DNA of 64,000 nucleotides from Bacteroidales bacterium (GTDB lineage Bacteria; Bacteroidota; Bacteroidia; Bacteroidales; WCHB1-69). Shown here piece by piece: positions 51,343 through 62,479 of this stretch; the stretch's first letter is position 1; the number at the start of each line of letters is the position of its first letter. The stretch covers positions 3,733-67,732 of the forward strand of contig JAKSMG010000011.1 of the NCBI GenBank assembly GCA_024400755.1, written 5' to 3'. Both the position numbers and the translations under genes were made by a program. Below the pieces are notes generated by a model. It saw only the letters and a list, made by a program, of their open reading frames with translations. It was not told the origin of the DNA and searched no databases.

Positions 51343-52539
51343 ATGGAATCAATAAAAAAGATATACAAACAAGGATTTGGGCCATCCAGCAGCCACACGA
51401 TGGGACCGCACAAGGCCGCCCAGATTTTCCGACAAATGAACCCCGATGCCCACGCATTCAGGGTTACGCTGCACGGCAGTTTGGCCGCCACGGGGAAAGG
51501 CCACTATACCGATAAGGCCATCATTGACGGAGCCGCGCCCATCCCTGTTGAAATTATTTGGAAACCGGAAATCATATTGGAATTTCACACCAACGGTATG
51601 CTTTTCGAAGCCCTTGACGCCAACAAAAAGGTTACCAATACCTGGACCATCTACAGTGTCGGCGGAGGATACTTGGCCAACGAGGAAACCAAAGACGAAA
51701 TCGTAAACCTTTATCCACATTCCTTAATGAGCGATATTCTTCAGTATATTGAAAAAGAAGGGCTTACATTTTGGGAATATGTGAAAATGCACGAAGACAA
51801 AGACCTTTGGGATTATCTTGGACAAATATGGGCAACAATGCAATCCACCATTGAGACAGGCCTTCAAGAAGAAGGTGTGATTCCCGGCGGCTTGCACTTA
51901 CGCAGCAAGGCACGACAGTATTTTGTACGTGCTTCGTCGTACAAGGCATCCTTGCAAAGCCGGGCCTTGGTCATCGCCTACGCCTTGGCCACCGCCGAAC
52001 GCAACGCGATGGGAGGCACTATTGTGACCGCACCCACCTGCGGTTCGTCAGGCGTACTGCCGGCAGTACTCTACCATTTGAAGAAAAACCACGATTTTTC
52101 AGACAGAGAAATTCTGAGAGCCCTGGCCACTGCCGGACTTTTCGCCAACATCATCAAGACCAACGCCTCCATTGCCGGAGCTGAAGTGGGATGTCAGGGC
52201 GAAATCGGCAGTGCCTGCGTGATGGCTGCCGTGGCTGCCAACCAACTCTTTGGAGGCACTCCCCAGCAAATTGAATATGCCGCGGAAATGGCTATGGAAC
52301 ACAACCTCGGCCTCACCTGCGACCCTATGTGCGGATTGGTACAAGTGCCCTGTATCGAACGAAATGCCATAGCCGCACTTCGTGCTCTCGACATCAACAT
52401 CTACGCGATGATGAGCGATGGAAAACACCTCATCAGTTTCGATAAAGTCGTCAAAACAATGAACCTTACCGGCAAAGACCTTCCTTCGCTCTACAAAGAA
52501 ACAGCACAAGGCGGCTTAGCCCTATTGACAGAAGAATAA
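51343..52539 (+). CDS. Fe-S L-serine ammonia-lyase, single chain
   Basis: GPSSSHTMGP, VTAPTCGSSG, EVGCQGE and GLTCDP...VQVPCIERN motifs. Confidence 0.92.
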   Translation: MESIKKIYKQGFGPSSSHTMGPHKAAQIFRQMNPDAHAFRVTLHGSLAATGKGHYTDKAIIDGAAPIPVEIIWKPEIILEFHTNGMLFEALDANKKVTNTWTIYSVGGGYLANEETKDEIVNLYPHSLMSDILQYIEKEGLTFWEYVKMHEDKDLWDYLGQIWATMQSTIETGLQEEGVIPGGLHLRSKARQYFVRASSYKASLQSRALVIAYALATAERNAMGGTIVTAPTCGSSGVLPAVLYHLKKNHDFSDREILRALATAGLFANIIKTNASIAGAEVGCQGEIGSACVMAAVAANQLFGGTPQQIEYAAEMAMEHNLGLTCDPMCGLVQVPCIERNAIAALRALDINIYAMMSDGKHLISFDKVVKTMNLTGKDLPSLYKETAQGGLALLTEE

Positions 52540-52582
52540 AATTTCAAATTTCATATAGAAAATTAATTAAAATCAAAAAATA

Positions 52583-52885
52583 ATGGACGTAAACATCACT
52601 TCTAACGAAAACAAGACTTTTGTAGTTCTAAATGGTCGTTTGGACACCACCAATGCCAACCAATTCCAACAAGACATTACCCCTTTAATGACAGGCGAGA
52701 ATCCTGACATCGAAATCGACTGCACCAATATGGAATACACTTCCAGTCAAGGCCTGCGTATGTTTTTGATGCTACAGAAAAGCGTTTCCTCCCGCCAAGG
52801 AAAAATGGTAATGAAAAATATGAAACCTCAGGTAAAAGAAGTTTTCGACATTACCGGTTTCTCCAATATCATCACTATCATTTAA
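52583..52885 (+). CDS. STAS-domain anti-sigma factor antagonist
   Basis: GRLDT, YTSSQGLR and VFDITGF motifs. Confidence 0.9.
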   Translation: MDVNITSNENKTFVVLNGRLDTTNANQFQQDITPLMTGENPDIEIDCTNMEYTSSQGLRMFLMLQKSVSSRQGKMVMKNMKPQVKEVFDITGFSNIITII

Positions 52886-53016
52886 CATTATAGAGAAAGT
52901 AAGTCTTTGACTTGGTGTCTTTTGTCTTGTGCTTCCATTCCTAATTTAGGATACGGTTTTCAAGACTATTTAGCCATTTAAATGCTTTGAAGATTAATAA
53001 ATAAAAGTCATAAATA

Positions 53017-54123
53017 ATGAAAAACAAATCTTTCACCTCATCAATTTTATGCATTATATGCGTGTTTCTATTGGCATCTTGCGGGCAGGCACCAAAAGAA
53101 ACTCAAACTTCCTTCGACACTATGGTGTTAAAGAAAGAAGACAGGACTCTTTCCACTAATTTCGCCGCCAAAATACAAGGCAAGCAGGATGTCAGCATTA
53201 TTCCTCGAGTAAGTGGAACCATTACTGAAGTTCGCGTAGTGGAAGGTCAAAAAATCACCAAAGGCCAAGTATTGTTCATCATCGACCCCAGACCTTTTGA
53301 ACTGGCCGTGCAAGCTGCCGAAGCCAATACCGAATCTGCCAAGGCACAAGTGGCTACCGCTAAATTGAATTACGAAAGCAACAAAGGTTTGTACGAGAAA
53401 AAAATTGTGAGCAGTTATGTTTTAGAGACTGCCGAAAACAATTACAATACCGCAAAAGCCGCTTTGGCGTTAGCAAAGTCACAGGAAGCTCAAGCCAGAA
53501 ACGACCTCAGCTACTGCAGCATCACCAGTCCCGTTACCGGTGTTGTAGGTGCTCTCCCCTACCGTGTGGGCGACCTAGTCAATCCTTCTATTATCGAACC
53601 TTTGACTGTTGTCAGCGATAACAGCAGCATCATAGCTTTCTTCTCCATCAACGAAAGTTTCTACACCACGTTGTTGAGTACGTACGGACATAATTCCAAC
53701 AAAAAGCTTCAAAATGAAACCCCCGATCTTGAATTAAAACTGAAAGACGGCACTATGTATGAAGAAAAAGGTCGTATGATCAGCGTTTCCGGCGTGGTAG
53801 ATCCTGTCACGGGTGCCGTTAGCTGTAAGGCCGAATTTCCAAATCCCAAAGGAACTTTAAGTTCAGGCATTTCTGGAACTATCGTTTATCCAACTGAATA
53901 TAAAGATGTTATCGTAATTCCTCAAACAGCCACAGTTAAACTTCAAGATAAATATATGGCCTATAAAGTGGAAGCCGATAATACGGCCAAATGCACCATT
54001 ATCGAGGTGGAAAGCATCAATGACGGTCAGGAATTCATCGTTCTTGACGGTTTGAAGGAAGGCGACGAAATCATCACCGCCGGCGTAAACAACGTACAAG
54101 ACGGAATGCAGGTTAAATTCTAA
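53017..54123 (+). CDS. RND efflux periplasmic adaptor (lipoprotein)
   Basis: Lipobox LASC, PRVSGTI, ITSPVTGVVG and VDPVTG. Confidence 0.92.
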   Translation: MKNKSFTSSILCIICVFLLASCGQAPKETQTSFDTMVLKKEDRTLSTNFAAKIQGKQDVSIIPRVSGTITEVRVVEGQKITKGQVLFIIDPRPFELAVQAAEANTESAKAQVATAKLNYESNKGLYEKKIVSSYVLETAENNYNTAKAALALAKSQEAQARNDLSYCSITSPVTGVVGALPYRVGDLVNPSIIEPLTVVSDNSSIIAFFSINESFYTTLLSTYGHNSNKKLQNETPDLELKLKDGTMYEEKGRMISVSGVVDPVTGAVSCKAEFPNPKGTLSSGISGTIVYPTEYKDVIVIPQTATVKLQDKYMAYKVEADNTAKCTIIEVESINDGQEFIVLDGLKEGDEIITAGVNNVQDGMQVKF

Positions 54124-54133
54124 GTTGTAAGTT

Positions 54134-57100
54134 ATGAAAAAGAAGCTATACTTTTTTGTCACACATAAGGTTATGGCGAATGTTATCGCCATTCTGACCT
54201 TGTTGGTTGGTATCATCTCCTTATTGACACTACCTATTGAACAATATCCTGATATTGCGCCTCCAACCATTTATGTTACCACGACCTACACTGGTGCAGA
54301 CGCCAACGCCGTTATGAAGTCCGTCATTATGCCTTTGGAAGAGTCTATCAATGGTGTGGAACACATGACTTATATGACTTCCGAAGCAGCGTCAACCGGT
54401 GAAGTCACCATCCAGGTGTTTTTCGAACAAGGTACCGACCCTGACATGGCTACGGTTAACGTGCAAAACCGTGTATCCAAAACTCTCGGACTACTTCCTG
54501 CTGAAGTAACTCAGATTGGCGTACAAGTCTATAAGCGTCAAAACAGTATCCTCCAAATCGGTTCATTGGTTAGTACCGATGACAGATTCGATCAGGATTT
54601 CATCGCCAACTATTTGGATATCAACATCATTCCACGTATCAAACGTATCAACGGCGTAGGTAACGTACAAAATCTGGGTAACACTTACTCTTTGCGTATT
54701 TGGATGAATCCCGATATGATGGCCCAATACAATTTGACGCCACAAGACGTCTTCAACGCCATCGGCACACAAAATATCGTGGCTCCTGCCGGTACATTGG
54801 GAGAAAAATCAAGCAACACCTACCAATACATTATGGAATACCGCGGACGGTTGGTAGAAATTGAAGAATTTGAAAACATCGTCATTAAGGCGGAAAGCAA
54901 CGGCAATGTGCTGCATCTAAAAGACGTGGCTTCTGTGGAATTGGGAGCCCTCAGTTACACCTTTGAATCAGATATTGACGGTCATCCCGGCGTAGTGTTT
55001 ATGATTAACCAGGTGGCCGGTGCCAACGCCACCAAAGTCAATGCCGAAATCGGTGAATTGTATAAAAGTATGGAAAAGGAACTTCCTCCCGGAATGCAAT
55101 TCTGCCAGCTGCAAACTTCTGATGACTTCTTATTTGCCGCCATCCATAATGTGGTTGAAACATTGGTCATCGCCATTTTGCTGGTAATTTTGGTAGTTTT
55201 CTTCTTCTTGCAGGATTTCAAGGCGACATTGATTCCGTCTATATCAATTATAGTATCCTTGATTGGCACTTTTGCCATCGTCAAATTGGCAGGATTCTCG
55301 CTCAACATCCTTACCCTTTTCGCATTAGTACTTGCGATTGGTACGGTAGTGGACGACGCCATCGTGGTAGTGGAAGCCGTCATGGCCAAATTTGAAGCGG
55401 GCTACAAAGATCCACGTTTGGCCACCAGCGACGCTGTCCACGACGTATTTTCAGCCGTTATTTCCTGTACATTGGTATTTATGGCCGTATTTATCCCCGT
55501 GGCCTTTATGCCTGGAACATCCGGCACCTTCTTCACGCAATTCGGTATCACCATCGCGGCTTCCGTAGGTTTGTCCTGTATCAACGCTTTGACACTCTGT
55601 CCTTCACTCTGTGCCATCCTGATGCGTCCTGTTGACGAATCTAAAAAAGGTTTTACTTTCTATGTACGAAAAGCTTACAATGCTTCCTATTCAGCATTGG
55701 CCAATAAATATAACAAGTCTGTTGTCAAAATGATTCAGCGTCCAGCTTTCGCATGGATTGGTATGATTATCGCCTGCGGATTGATGGTATGGCTGATGTC
55801 AACCACTCCAAAGGAACTGGTTCCTCAGGAAGACCAAGGCGTTATTATGGTCAATGTGGCGACTCCTCCGGGATATTCAATGGAAAAGAACGGCGAAGTT
55901 TTGGATCGTGTTGGCGAAATTATCATGAAGAACGAAGAAGTGGAAGATTACGCCAAAATTTCAGGTTTCGGTCTAATTTCCGGTACCGGCTCTAACTATG
56001 GTACAATTATTGTAAGATTGAAAAACTGGGATGAAAGAAAAGGTGTTGAGCATTCTTTGGATATGATCAAGTATAGAATTTATGCTGATTGCCAAAGCAT
56101 CAAGGAAGCACAAGTCATGCCATTCCAGTCGCCCCAGATTCCTGGTTACGGTCAAGGCAACTCCATCGAATTGGTAATGCAGGATCAGACTGGCGGCAGT
56201 AAGGACGAATTTGCAGCTCACGTAGATAAATTCATTGCCGAACTGCACAAACGCCCAGAAGTTTCTAACGTTTTCAACACCTACGAAGCTACCTTCCCCA
56301 AATACAGAGTGGAAGTGGATCCTACCATTTGCGCACGTTCCGGAGTGTCACCTCAAGAAGTATTATCGGTTTTAGGCAGTTACTGCGGTGGTGCCTATAT
56401 TTCAAACTATAACCAATATGGAAAAATCTATCGTGTGATGGCCCAAGCCGCCCCACAGTATCGTTTGGATGAAAATTCGCTCGACAATATCTTCATCCGT
56501 GTTGGCAACAACAAGATGGCTCCGATTTCCCAATTCGCCACATTGATACCTACTGTAGGTCCCTCTTTGGACAAGCGTTTCAACTTGTTCTCTTCCATTA
56601 CATTGAATGTGGATCCCGGTTCAGGTTATTCCTCTGGCCAAGCTATGGAAGCCATTGAAGAAGTTTTCAAGGCCACTATGCCTATGGGCACCAGCTACGA
56701 ATACGGTGGACTGTCTCGTGAAGAGGCCAGCAATGCCAAGAGTAATATGACCTTGTTCATTTATGCTATATGTATTGTGCTGATATATCTTATTTTGGCC
56801 TGCCTATATAATTCATGGCTCGTGCCATTGGCAGTTTTGTTCTCCGTTCCATTCGGTTTGATGGGTGCATTCCTGTTTATTCGTCCTATCAGTTTCTTAG
56901 GATTTACTAACAACATCTACCTCCAAACTGGTGTTATCATGTTGATTGGTTTGCTTGCCAAGACCGCCATCCTGATTACGGAATACGCAACAGCAAAACG
57001 CAAAAACGGTATGAGCATTTACGATGCTGCCGTAGGTGCTGCCAAAGATCGTCTCCGTCCCATCCTAATGACCGTACTCTGTATGATTATCGGTATGTTG

Positions 57101-57304
57101 CCTCTGATCATCAAGAGCGGTGCCGGCGCTATGGGTAACCGTTCCTTGGCATTGGGTGTCGTCGGCGGTATGATTGTGGGTACGATCTCTCTCGTATTCG
57201 TTGTTCCCGTTTTCTTTATGTTCTTCCAAAAAGTACATGAAAAAGTTCAAGGTTATGAACCCGATGAGATTGAAGTAGAAGAAATTACAGTAAAAAATGA
57301 TTAA
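54134..57304 (+). CDS. RND efflux permease (AcrB/HAE1 family)
   Basis: LPIEQYPDIAPP, IGTVVDDAIVVVE, IGLLAKTAILI and RLRPILMT motifs. Confidence 0.96.
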   Translation: MKKKLYFFVTHKVMANVIAILTLLVGIISLLTLPIEQYPDIAPPTIYVTTTYTGADANAVMKSVIMPLEESINGVEHMTYMTSEAASTGEVTIQVFFEQGTDPDMATVNVQNRVSKTLGLLPAEVTQIGVQVYKRQNSILQIGSLVSTDDRFDQDFIANYLDINIIPRIKRINGVGNVQNLGNTYSLRIWMNPDMMAQYNLTPQDVFNAIGTQNIVAPAGTLGEKSSNTYQYIMEYRGRLVEIEEFENIVIKAESNGNVLHLKDVASVELGALSYTFESDIDGHPGVVFMINQVAGANATKVNAEIGELYKSMEKELPPGMQFCQLQTSDDFLFAAIHNVVETLVIAILLVILVVFFFLQDFKATLIPSISIIVSLIGTFAIVKLAGFSLNILTLFALVLAIGTVVDDAIVVVEAVMAKFEAGYKDPRLATSDAVHDVFSAVISCTLVFMAVFIPVAFMPGTSGTFFTQFGITIAASVGLSCINALTLCPSLCAILMRPVDESKKGFTFYVRKAYNASYSALANKYNKSVVKMIQRPAFAWIGMIIACGLMVWLMSTTPKELVPQEDQGVIMVNVATPPGYSMEKNGEVLDRVGEIIMKNEEVEDYAKISGFGLISGTGSNYGTIIVRLKNWDERKGVEHSLDMIKYRIYADCQSIKEAQVMPFQSPQIPGYGQGNSIELVMQDQTGGSKDEFAAHVDKFIAELHKRPEVSNVFNTYEATFPKYRVEVDPTICARSGVSPQEVLSVLGSYCGGAYISNYNQYGKIYRVMAQAAPQYRLDENSLDNIFIRVGNNKMAPISQFATLIPTVGPSLDKRFNLFSSITLNVDPGSGYSSGQAMEAIEEVFKATMPMGTSYEYGGLSREEASNAKSNMTLFIYAICIVLIYLILACLYNSWLVPLAVLFSVPFGLMGAFLFIRPISFLGFTNNIYLQTGVIMLIGLLAKTAILITEYATAKRKNGMSIYDAAVGAAKDRLRPILMTVLCMIIGMLPLIIKSGAGAMGNRSLALGVVGGMIVGTISLVFVVPVFFMFFQKVHEKVQGYEPDEIEVEEITVKND

Positions 57305-57329
57305 TAATCATTCTAATATTGAAAATTCA

Positions 57330-58694
57330 ATGAAAAAAATAGTCATTTTAATTGCAGCCAGCTTGTTATTCTGCGGCTGCCACATATATAAGAAATATGA
57401 ACAAGTCGAAAGCGTTCCAGATAATTTATATGGACATTCTGACTTCGTTACTAATGCTGATACCACGAAAAATTTCTCAGACCTTGGCTGGCGTGAAATC
57501 TTCACGGATCCTTACCTACAGAAACTCATCGATAGTGCCCTGGTTCACAACAGCAATCTGTTGCAGTCTCATTTGAAGGTGGAAGAAATGGAAGCAACCC
57601 TCAAGGCAGCCAAACTGGCCTATATTCCTTCTTTTTCTTTTGCCCCAAACGCGTCTTACAATTATGCCAACGGATTCAATCAAACTATTGGTACGAGCAG
57701 TGCATTCTCTTACAATGTAGGTATCAACGCAGATTGGCAGATCGACATTTTCGGACGACTCACCAACAAAAAGCGTGAAACCAATGCCCTGACCGAGCAG
57801 GCACGAGATTTTGAGCAAGCCGCACGGGTTGAATTAATTTCCAACATGGCCAATTTGTATTACGAATTGTTGATGCTGGATCGTGAATTGGAAATCTTAA
57901 CACAGACCGAAATTCTGTGGGGCAAAAGCGTTGAAACACAACGTGCTATGATGGAAGCCGGTATGAGTACCAGTGCGGCCGTCAACCAACTGGAAGCATC
58001 TCTTTGCAATGTGCAGATTCAGAAAATCGACTTACTGAGAACCATCAACACTTACGAAAACGCCATCTGCATGCTTCTTGCAGAAACACCGCATCCTATT
58101 CAGCGCGGCGTACTGACCGGTTTCAGAATGCCCACCGAAGTGGGTATCGGCATTCCTTTGTCGGTATTGCAAAAACGCCCTGACGTAAGAGCCGCTCAAC
58201 GAAACTTGGAAGCAGCCCATTATGCCACTTGCGGTGCCTATTCCGAAATGTATCCCAACATCACCTTATCAGGCAATCTGGGACTTATCACCCCGGCCCA
58301 ATTGGGTGCCAGTATTATTGCACAACTCGTACAACCCATCTTCGCCCAAGGCCGTCTGCGTGCCAATCTCAAAATTGCCAAAGCACAACAAGAAGAAGCC
58401 AGAATCGCCTTCTCTCAAAAGTTGATAGATGCCGGCGTAGAAGTCAATGAAGCATTGGCCGACTGCCAAAGCGCAAAGGCAAAAAAAGAAATCCTGAACA
58501 AGCAGGTTGCCGCCTTGGCTGAAGCTTACGATGCCACCAACGAATTGATGAACAAGGGAACCACCACCTACTTGGAAGTGTTGACCGCTCAAGAATCCTA
58601 TCTTAACGCTCGACTTTCACAAGTCAACAACGACTATGAAGCCATCAGCAGCCTCATTACTCTTTATATTGCATTAGGCGGTGGTGCCAACTAA
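57330..58694 (+). CDS. TolC/OprM-family outer membrane efflux lipoprotein
   Basis: Lipobox FCGC, WQIDIFGRL, RPDVRAA and LYIALGGG; start likely ATG 57330. Confidence 0.93.
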   Translation: MKKIVILIAASLLFCGCHIYKKYEQVESVPDNLYGHSDFVTNADTTKNFSDLGWREIFTDPYLQKLIDSALVHNSNLLQSHLKVEEMEATLKAAKLAYIPSFSFAPNASYNYANGFNQTIGTSSAFSYNVGINADWQIDIFGRLTNKKRETNALTEQARDFEQAARVELISNMANLYYELLMLDRELEILTQTEILWGKSVETQRAMMEAGMSTSAAVNQLEASLCNVQIQKIDLLRTINTYENAICMLLAETPHPIQRGVLTGFRMPTEVGIGIPLSVLQKRPDVRAAQRNLEAAHYATCGAYSEMYPNITLSGNLGLITPAQLGASIIAQLVQPIFAQGRLRANLKIAKAQQEEARIAFSQKLIDAGVEVNEALADCQSAKAKKEILNKQVAALAEAYDATNELMNKGTTTYLEVLTAQESYLNARLSQVNNDYEAISSLITLYIALGGGAN

Positions 58695-58798
58695 ACATCA
58701 ATTTGATATATTTGTATATATCAAAAAAAATGTATATCTTTGTAAGATATTAGATTGAATTATAACTAATTAATAATCAAAAAAATAACAAAATAACT

Positions 58799-60409
58799 AT
58801 GTCAAAAGTACTATTTTTAGGAGATGAAGCCGTTGCGCAGGCAGCGTTAGACGCAGGCTTATCTGGAGTTTATGCTTATCCAGGCACTCCATCTACCGAA
58901 ATCACTGAATTCATTCAGGAATCAAAACAAGGAAAAGCAGGAGAAGTTCACAGCATTTGGGCTGGTAACGAAAAGACTGCTATGGAATCTGCCATTGGTA
59001 TGTCATACGCCGGCAAACGTGCAATGGTATGTATGAAACACGTGGGCTTAAACGTGGCAGCCGACCCGTTTATGAACTCATCCATCACCGGTGCAAACGG
59101 TGGCTTGGTAGTCGTGGTGGCCGATGACCCGTCTATGCACTCATCGCAAGACGAACAAGACTCACGTTATTATGCCAAATTCGCATTGATTCCAAGTTTC
59201 GAACCTTCTAATCAACAAGAGGCATACGACATCACATACGCCGCTTTTGACTTTTCAGAAAAATATCACACTCCCGTTTTGATTCGTCTGACCACGCGTT
59301 TGTCACACTCCCGTGCCGGCGTTGAACGCAAAGCCGAACGCCCACAAAACGCACTTCACATCGAAGAAAACCCGAAACAATTCATCCTTCTTCCTGCCAA
59401 CGCCCGCAAACATTATCGTACGCTGCTCGGCAAGCAGGACGCTTTTGAAGAAGAATCCTTCAACTCTCCTTTCAACAAATATATTGAAGGCAGCAACAAA
59501 AAAATGGGTATCATCGCCTCCGGTATTGCCTACAATTATTTGATGGAAAACTTTGAAGGTCATCAATGTCCATATCCCGTATTGAAAATCTCTCAATACC
59601 CACTTTCTTCCAAATTGATTGCCAAGATGGTTGACGAATGCGAAACCGTATTGGTGGCCGAAGAAGGTTATCCTTTCATTGAAGAGCAAGTACGCGGAAT
59701 CCTTAACAGAACCGGAAAGATTATCGGTCGCTTAAGCGGTGCGCTTCCACGCGACGGTGAATTAAATCCAAATCTCTTGGCTAAGGCACTGGGATTGTCA
59801 GACACATACGGCACACCTGTTCCAGAACTCGTGGTACCAAGACCACCAGCATTGTGCCAGGGATGTCCTCACATCGACTCCTACAACGCTATCAACGCTG
59901 CTATGGAGAAATACGGCAAGGGTAAAGTATTCGCCGATATCGGATGCTACACCTTGGGTGCACTTCCTCCATACAACGCAGTCTATACCACCGTTGATAT
60001 GGGTGCTTCCATCACAATGGCCAAAGGTGCCGCCGACGCCGGCGTTCGCCCAGTATTAGCTGTCATTGGTGACTCCACCTTTACTCACAGCGGTATGACC
60101 TCCTTGTTGGACTGCATCTATGAAAACACCCCTATCACCGTGATGATTCTCGACAACAGCACCACCGGTATGACGGGCGGTCAGGATTCTCACGCATTGG
60201 GCGTTTTAGGTGAAATCTGCAAAGGCCTCGGCGTTAAGGAAGACCATATTCACCGTATCACTCCGTTGAAACAACATCACGAAGAAAATGTGGCCATTAT
60301 CGCTAAAGAACTCGAATACGAAGGCGTTTCCGTTGTCATTCCAACACGTGAATGCATCCAAACCCTTAGCCGTAGAATGAAGAAACAGCAAGCCGCAAAG
60401 AAAAACTAA
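58799..60409 (+). CDS. iorA: Indolepyruvate ferredoxin oxidoreductase alpha subunit
   Basis: YPGTPSTEI, MKHVGLNVAADP, LCQGCPH and TPP motif GDSTFTHSG. Confidence 0.93.
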   Translation: MSKVLFLGDEAVAQAALDAGLSGVYAYPGTPSTEITEFIQESKQGKAGEVHSIWAGNEKTAMESAIGMSYAGKRAMVCMKHVGLNVAADPFMNSSITGANGGLVVVVADDPSMHSSQDEQDSRYYAKFALIPSFEPSNQQEAYDITYAAFDFSEKYHTPVLIRLTTRLSHSRAGVERKAERPQNALHIEENPKQFILLPANARKHYRTLLGKQDAFEEESFNSPFNKYIEGSNKKMGIIASGIAYNYLMENFEGHQCPYPVLKISQYPLSSKLIAKMVDECETVLVAEEGYPFIEEQVRGILNRTGKIIGRLSGALPRDGELNPNLLAKALGLSDTYGTPVPELVVPRPPALCQGCPHIDSYNAINAAMEKYGKGKVFADIGCYTLGALPPYNAVYTTVDMGASITMAKGAADAGVRPVLAVIGDSTFTHSGMTSLLDCIYENTPITVMILDNSTTGMTGGQDSHALGVLGEICKGLGVKEDHIHRITPLKQHHEENVAIIAKELEYEGVSVVIPTRECIQTLSRRMKKQQAAKKN

Positions 60410-60504
60410 AAATTAAAATTAAAAACTATAAATGAGGATGACAATTCAATCCTTGTAACTGAAATCCTCATTTTTAGTCCATTACAACATAAAAAACGAT
60501 AACA

Positions 60505-61089
60505 ATGAAAATAGACATTATATTAGCAGGTGTTGGTGGTCAGGGTATCCTTTCCATCGCTACCATCGTCGGTCGTGCCGCTGTTAAAAGAGGTATGTAT
60601 ATGAAACAAGCCGAAGTCCACGGCATGAGCCAACGTGGCGGTGACGTTCAATCTCACTTCCGCTTGTCCGACCAGGAAATCGCTTCTGACTTAATCCCTA
60701 TGGGAAAAGCAGACCTCATCATTTCTGTTGAACCTATGGAATCATTGCGTTACCTTCCTTGGTTGAACAAGGAAAACGGTTGGTTGATTACCAACGACCA
60801 GCCTTTCGTAAACATTCCAAACTACCCCGATTTCGATAAATTGACGGCTGAACTGAACAAACTTCCCAACAAGGTCGTTATCAATGCCGACAAAATCGCC
60901 AAAGACCTTGGTTCAGCACGTTCCGCCAATATGGTTATCCTCGGTGCCGCTTCTCCTTACCTCCAACTTCCTTTCGAAGAAATTGAAGCTGCCGTTAGGG
61001 AAAACTTCGCACGCAAAGGCGAAGACGTTGTCAACGCCAACATCGCCTGCCTGAAGGCCGGTCGCGAATTTGCAGAAAAAAACAAATAG
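60505..61089 (+). CDS. iorB: Indolepyruvate oxidoreductase beta subunit
   Basis: GVGGQG and EVHGMSQRGG motifs. Confidence 0.93.
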   Translation: MKIDIILAGVGGQGILSIATIVGRAAVKRGMYMKQAEVHGMSQRGGDVQSHFRLSDQEIASDLIPMGKADLIISVEPMESLRYLPWLNKENGWLITNDQPFVNIPNYPDFDKLTAELNKLPNKVVINADKIAKDLGSARSANMVILGAASPYLQLPFEEIEAAVRENFARKGEDVVNANIACLKAGREFAEKNK

Positions 61090-61114
61090 TCTAATATAGA
61101 CGTACGTAGTTATA

Positions 61115-61963
61115 ATGAACAACCTATCTGAATTTTTAAAAAGAAATTTTCATATTTTTCTATTTGTAATTTTACAGATAGGTTGTATCATTATGATTAC
61201 ATCAAGTGTGAAATACACCAGTTTCGTCGTTTCCAACATCTGCCAAAGCATTGTCTCTCCTATCAACGACAAATGGCAAAATGTGATTCGACATTTTTCA
61301 TTGGAAACCGAAAACGAACAATTGGTACAGCAAAACATCAAACTTCTCAACGAACGAGACAACGCCTTTATCTTCAAAGATGATTCTCTCTACTCTAAGA
61401 TCCAAGAAGATACCGCGAAAAAGGAAAAAATTCGCCTGTACGATTATTCCTCTGCCAATATCGTTTACAAAACCACGGACAAGACACACAATTATATTAT
61501 TATTGACAAAGGACGTCAAGACAGCATCACGAGAGATATGGCGGTGCTATCTGCCGGAGGCGTTTTAGGCGTAGTCAACGATGTGACGGAACACTTCGCC
61601 TCGATTATCTCGCTGCTGCACCCTGATGCCCGTATCAGTGCCAAAATTGTGTCTGCCAACCAAATCGGAACATTGTTATGGGACGGTATCAATCCACGAT
61701 ACGCCCAACTTTACGATATTCCACAACACGTACCCGTAAAAGTCGGCGACTCCATCGTCACCAGCGGCTATTCCAACATCTTTCCCAAGGATATTTTGGT
61801 GGGTATCGTGGCCGATGTCAAAGAAAACAATCATAGCAGCTTCTTGAATATCAAGGTCAAGTTGGCTACTAATTTCAATAATGTCAACAAAGTTTACCTC
61901 ATCCGCAATATTTATACGAATGAAATGGATGAACTAAAAAGCAATTTCAAAGAAGATGAGTAA
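61115..61963 (+). CDS. mreC: Rod shape-determining protein MreC
   Basis: N-terminal TM helix, coiled coil, IIIDKG and VGDSIVTSGYSNIFP. Confidence 0.92.
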   Translation: MNNLSEFLKRNFHIFLFVILQIGCIIMITSSVKYTSFVVSNICQSIVSPINDKWQNVIRHFSLETENEQLVQQNIKLLNERDNAFIFKDDSLYSKIQEDTAKKEKIRLYDYSSANIVYKTTDKTHNYIIIDKGRQDSITRDMAVLSAGGVLGVVNDVTEHFASIISLLHPDARISAKIVSANQIGTLLWDGINPRYAQLYDIPQHVPVKVGDSIVTSGYSNIFPKDILVGIVADVKENNHSSFLNIKVKLATNFNNVNKVYLIRNIYTNEMDELKSNFKEDE

Positions 61964-62471
61964 CACAATCGCCAACATACTTCGCTTTCTGCTTGTTTTG
62001 TTAGCACAAATTTTTGTGTTCAACTATATTCATCTTTTCAGCTGCGTCAGTGCTTATATTTATTTATTAGCACTGCTGATGCTTCCCTTAAATCTTCCCC
62101 GATGGGCACAATATCTAATTGGCTTCGTCACAGGGTTCATCGTAGATATGTTTACAATGACTTACGGGGTGAATGCCTCCGCCTGTACCCTGATGATGTT
62201 GCTTAGACCCTATCTCGTTTCGGCACTCAACGGCCGCAAAAACGATGACACCGTTGACAAACCCTACCCTGGCTCCAAAGATTTTCAATGGTTGCTCCTT
62301 TATACCTTAATCTTGGTTTTGGCGCACCAAACCGTTGCCGTTATGTGGGAGGCCTTCACCTTCCGCCATTTTTGGAAGACGTTATTAGTCATTTTAGGAA
62401 ATACCGTTTTGACAAGTTTTGTCATTCTGTGCTGTCAATATATTTTTATTCCTGTCAAAAAACATAATTAA
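61956..62471 (+). CDS. mreD: Rod shape-determining protein MreD
   Basis: Hydrophobic 171-aa protein overlapping mreC; GFIVDMF...GVNASA. Confidence 0.85.
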   Translation: MSNTIANILRFLLVLLAQIFVFNYIHLFSCVSAYIYLLALLMLPLNLPRWAQYLIGFVTGFIVDMFTMTYGVNASACTLMMLLRPYLVSALNGRKNDDTVDKPYPGSKDFQWLLLYTLILVLAHQTVAVMWEAFTFRHFWKTLLVILGNTVLTSFVILCCQYIFIPVKKHN

Positions 62472-62479
62472 CAATCAAT

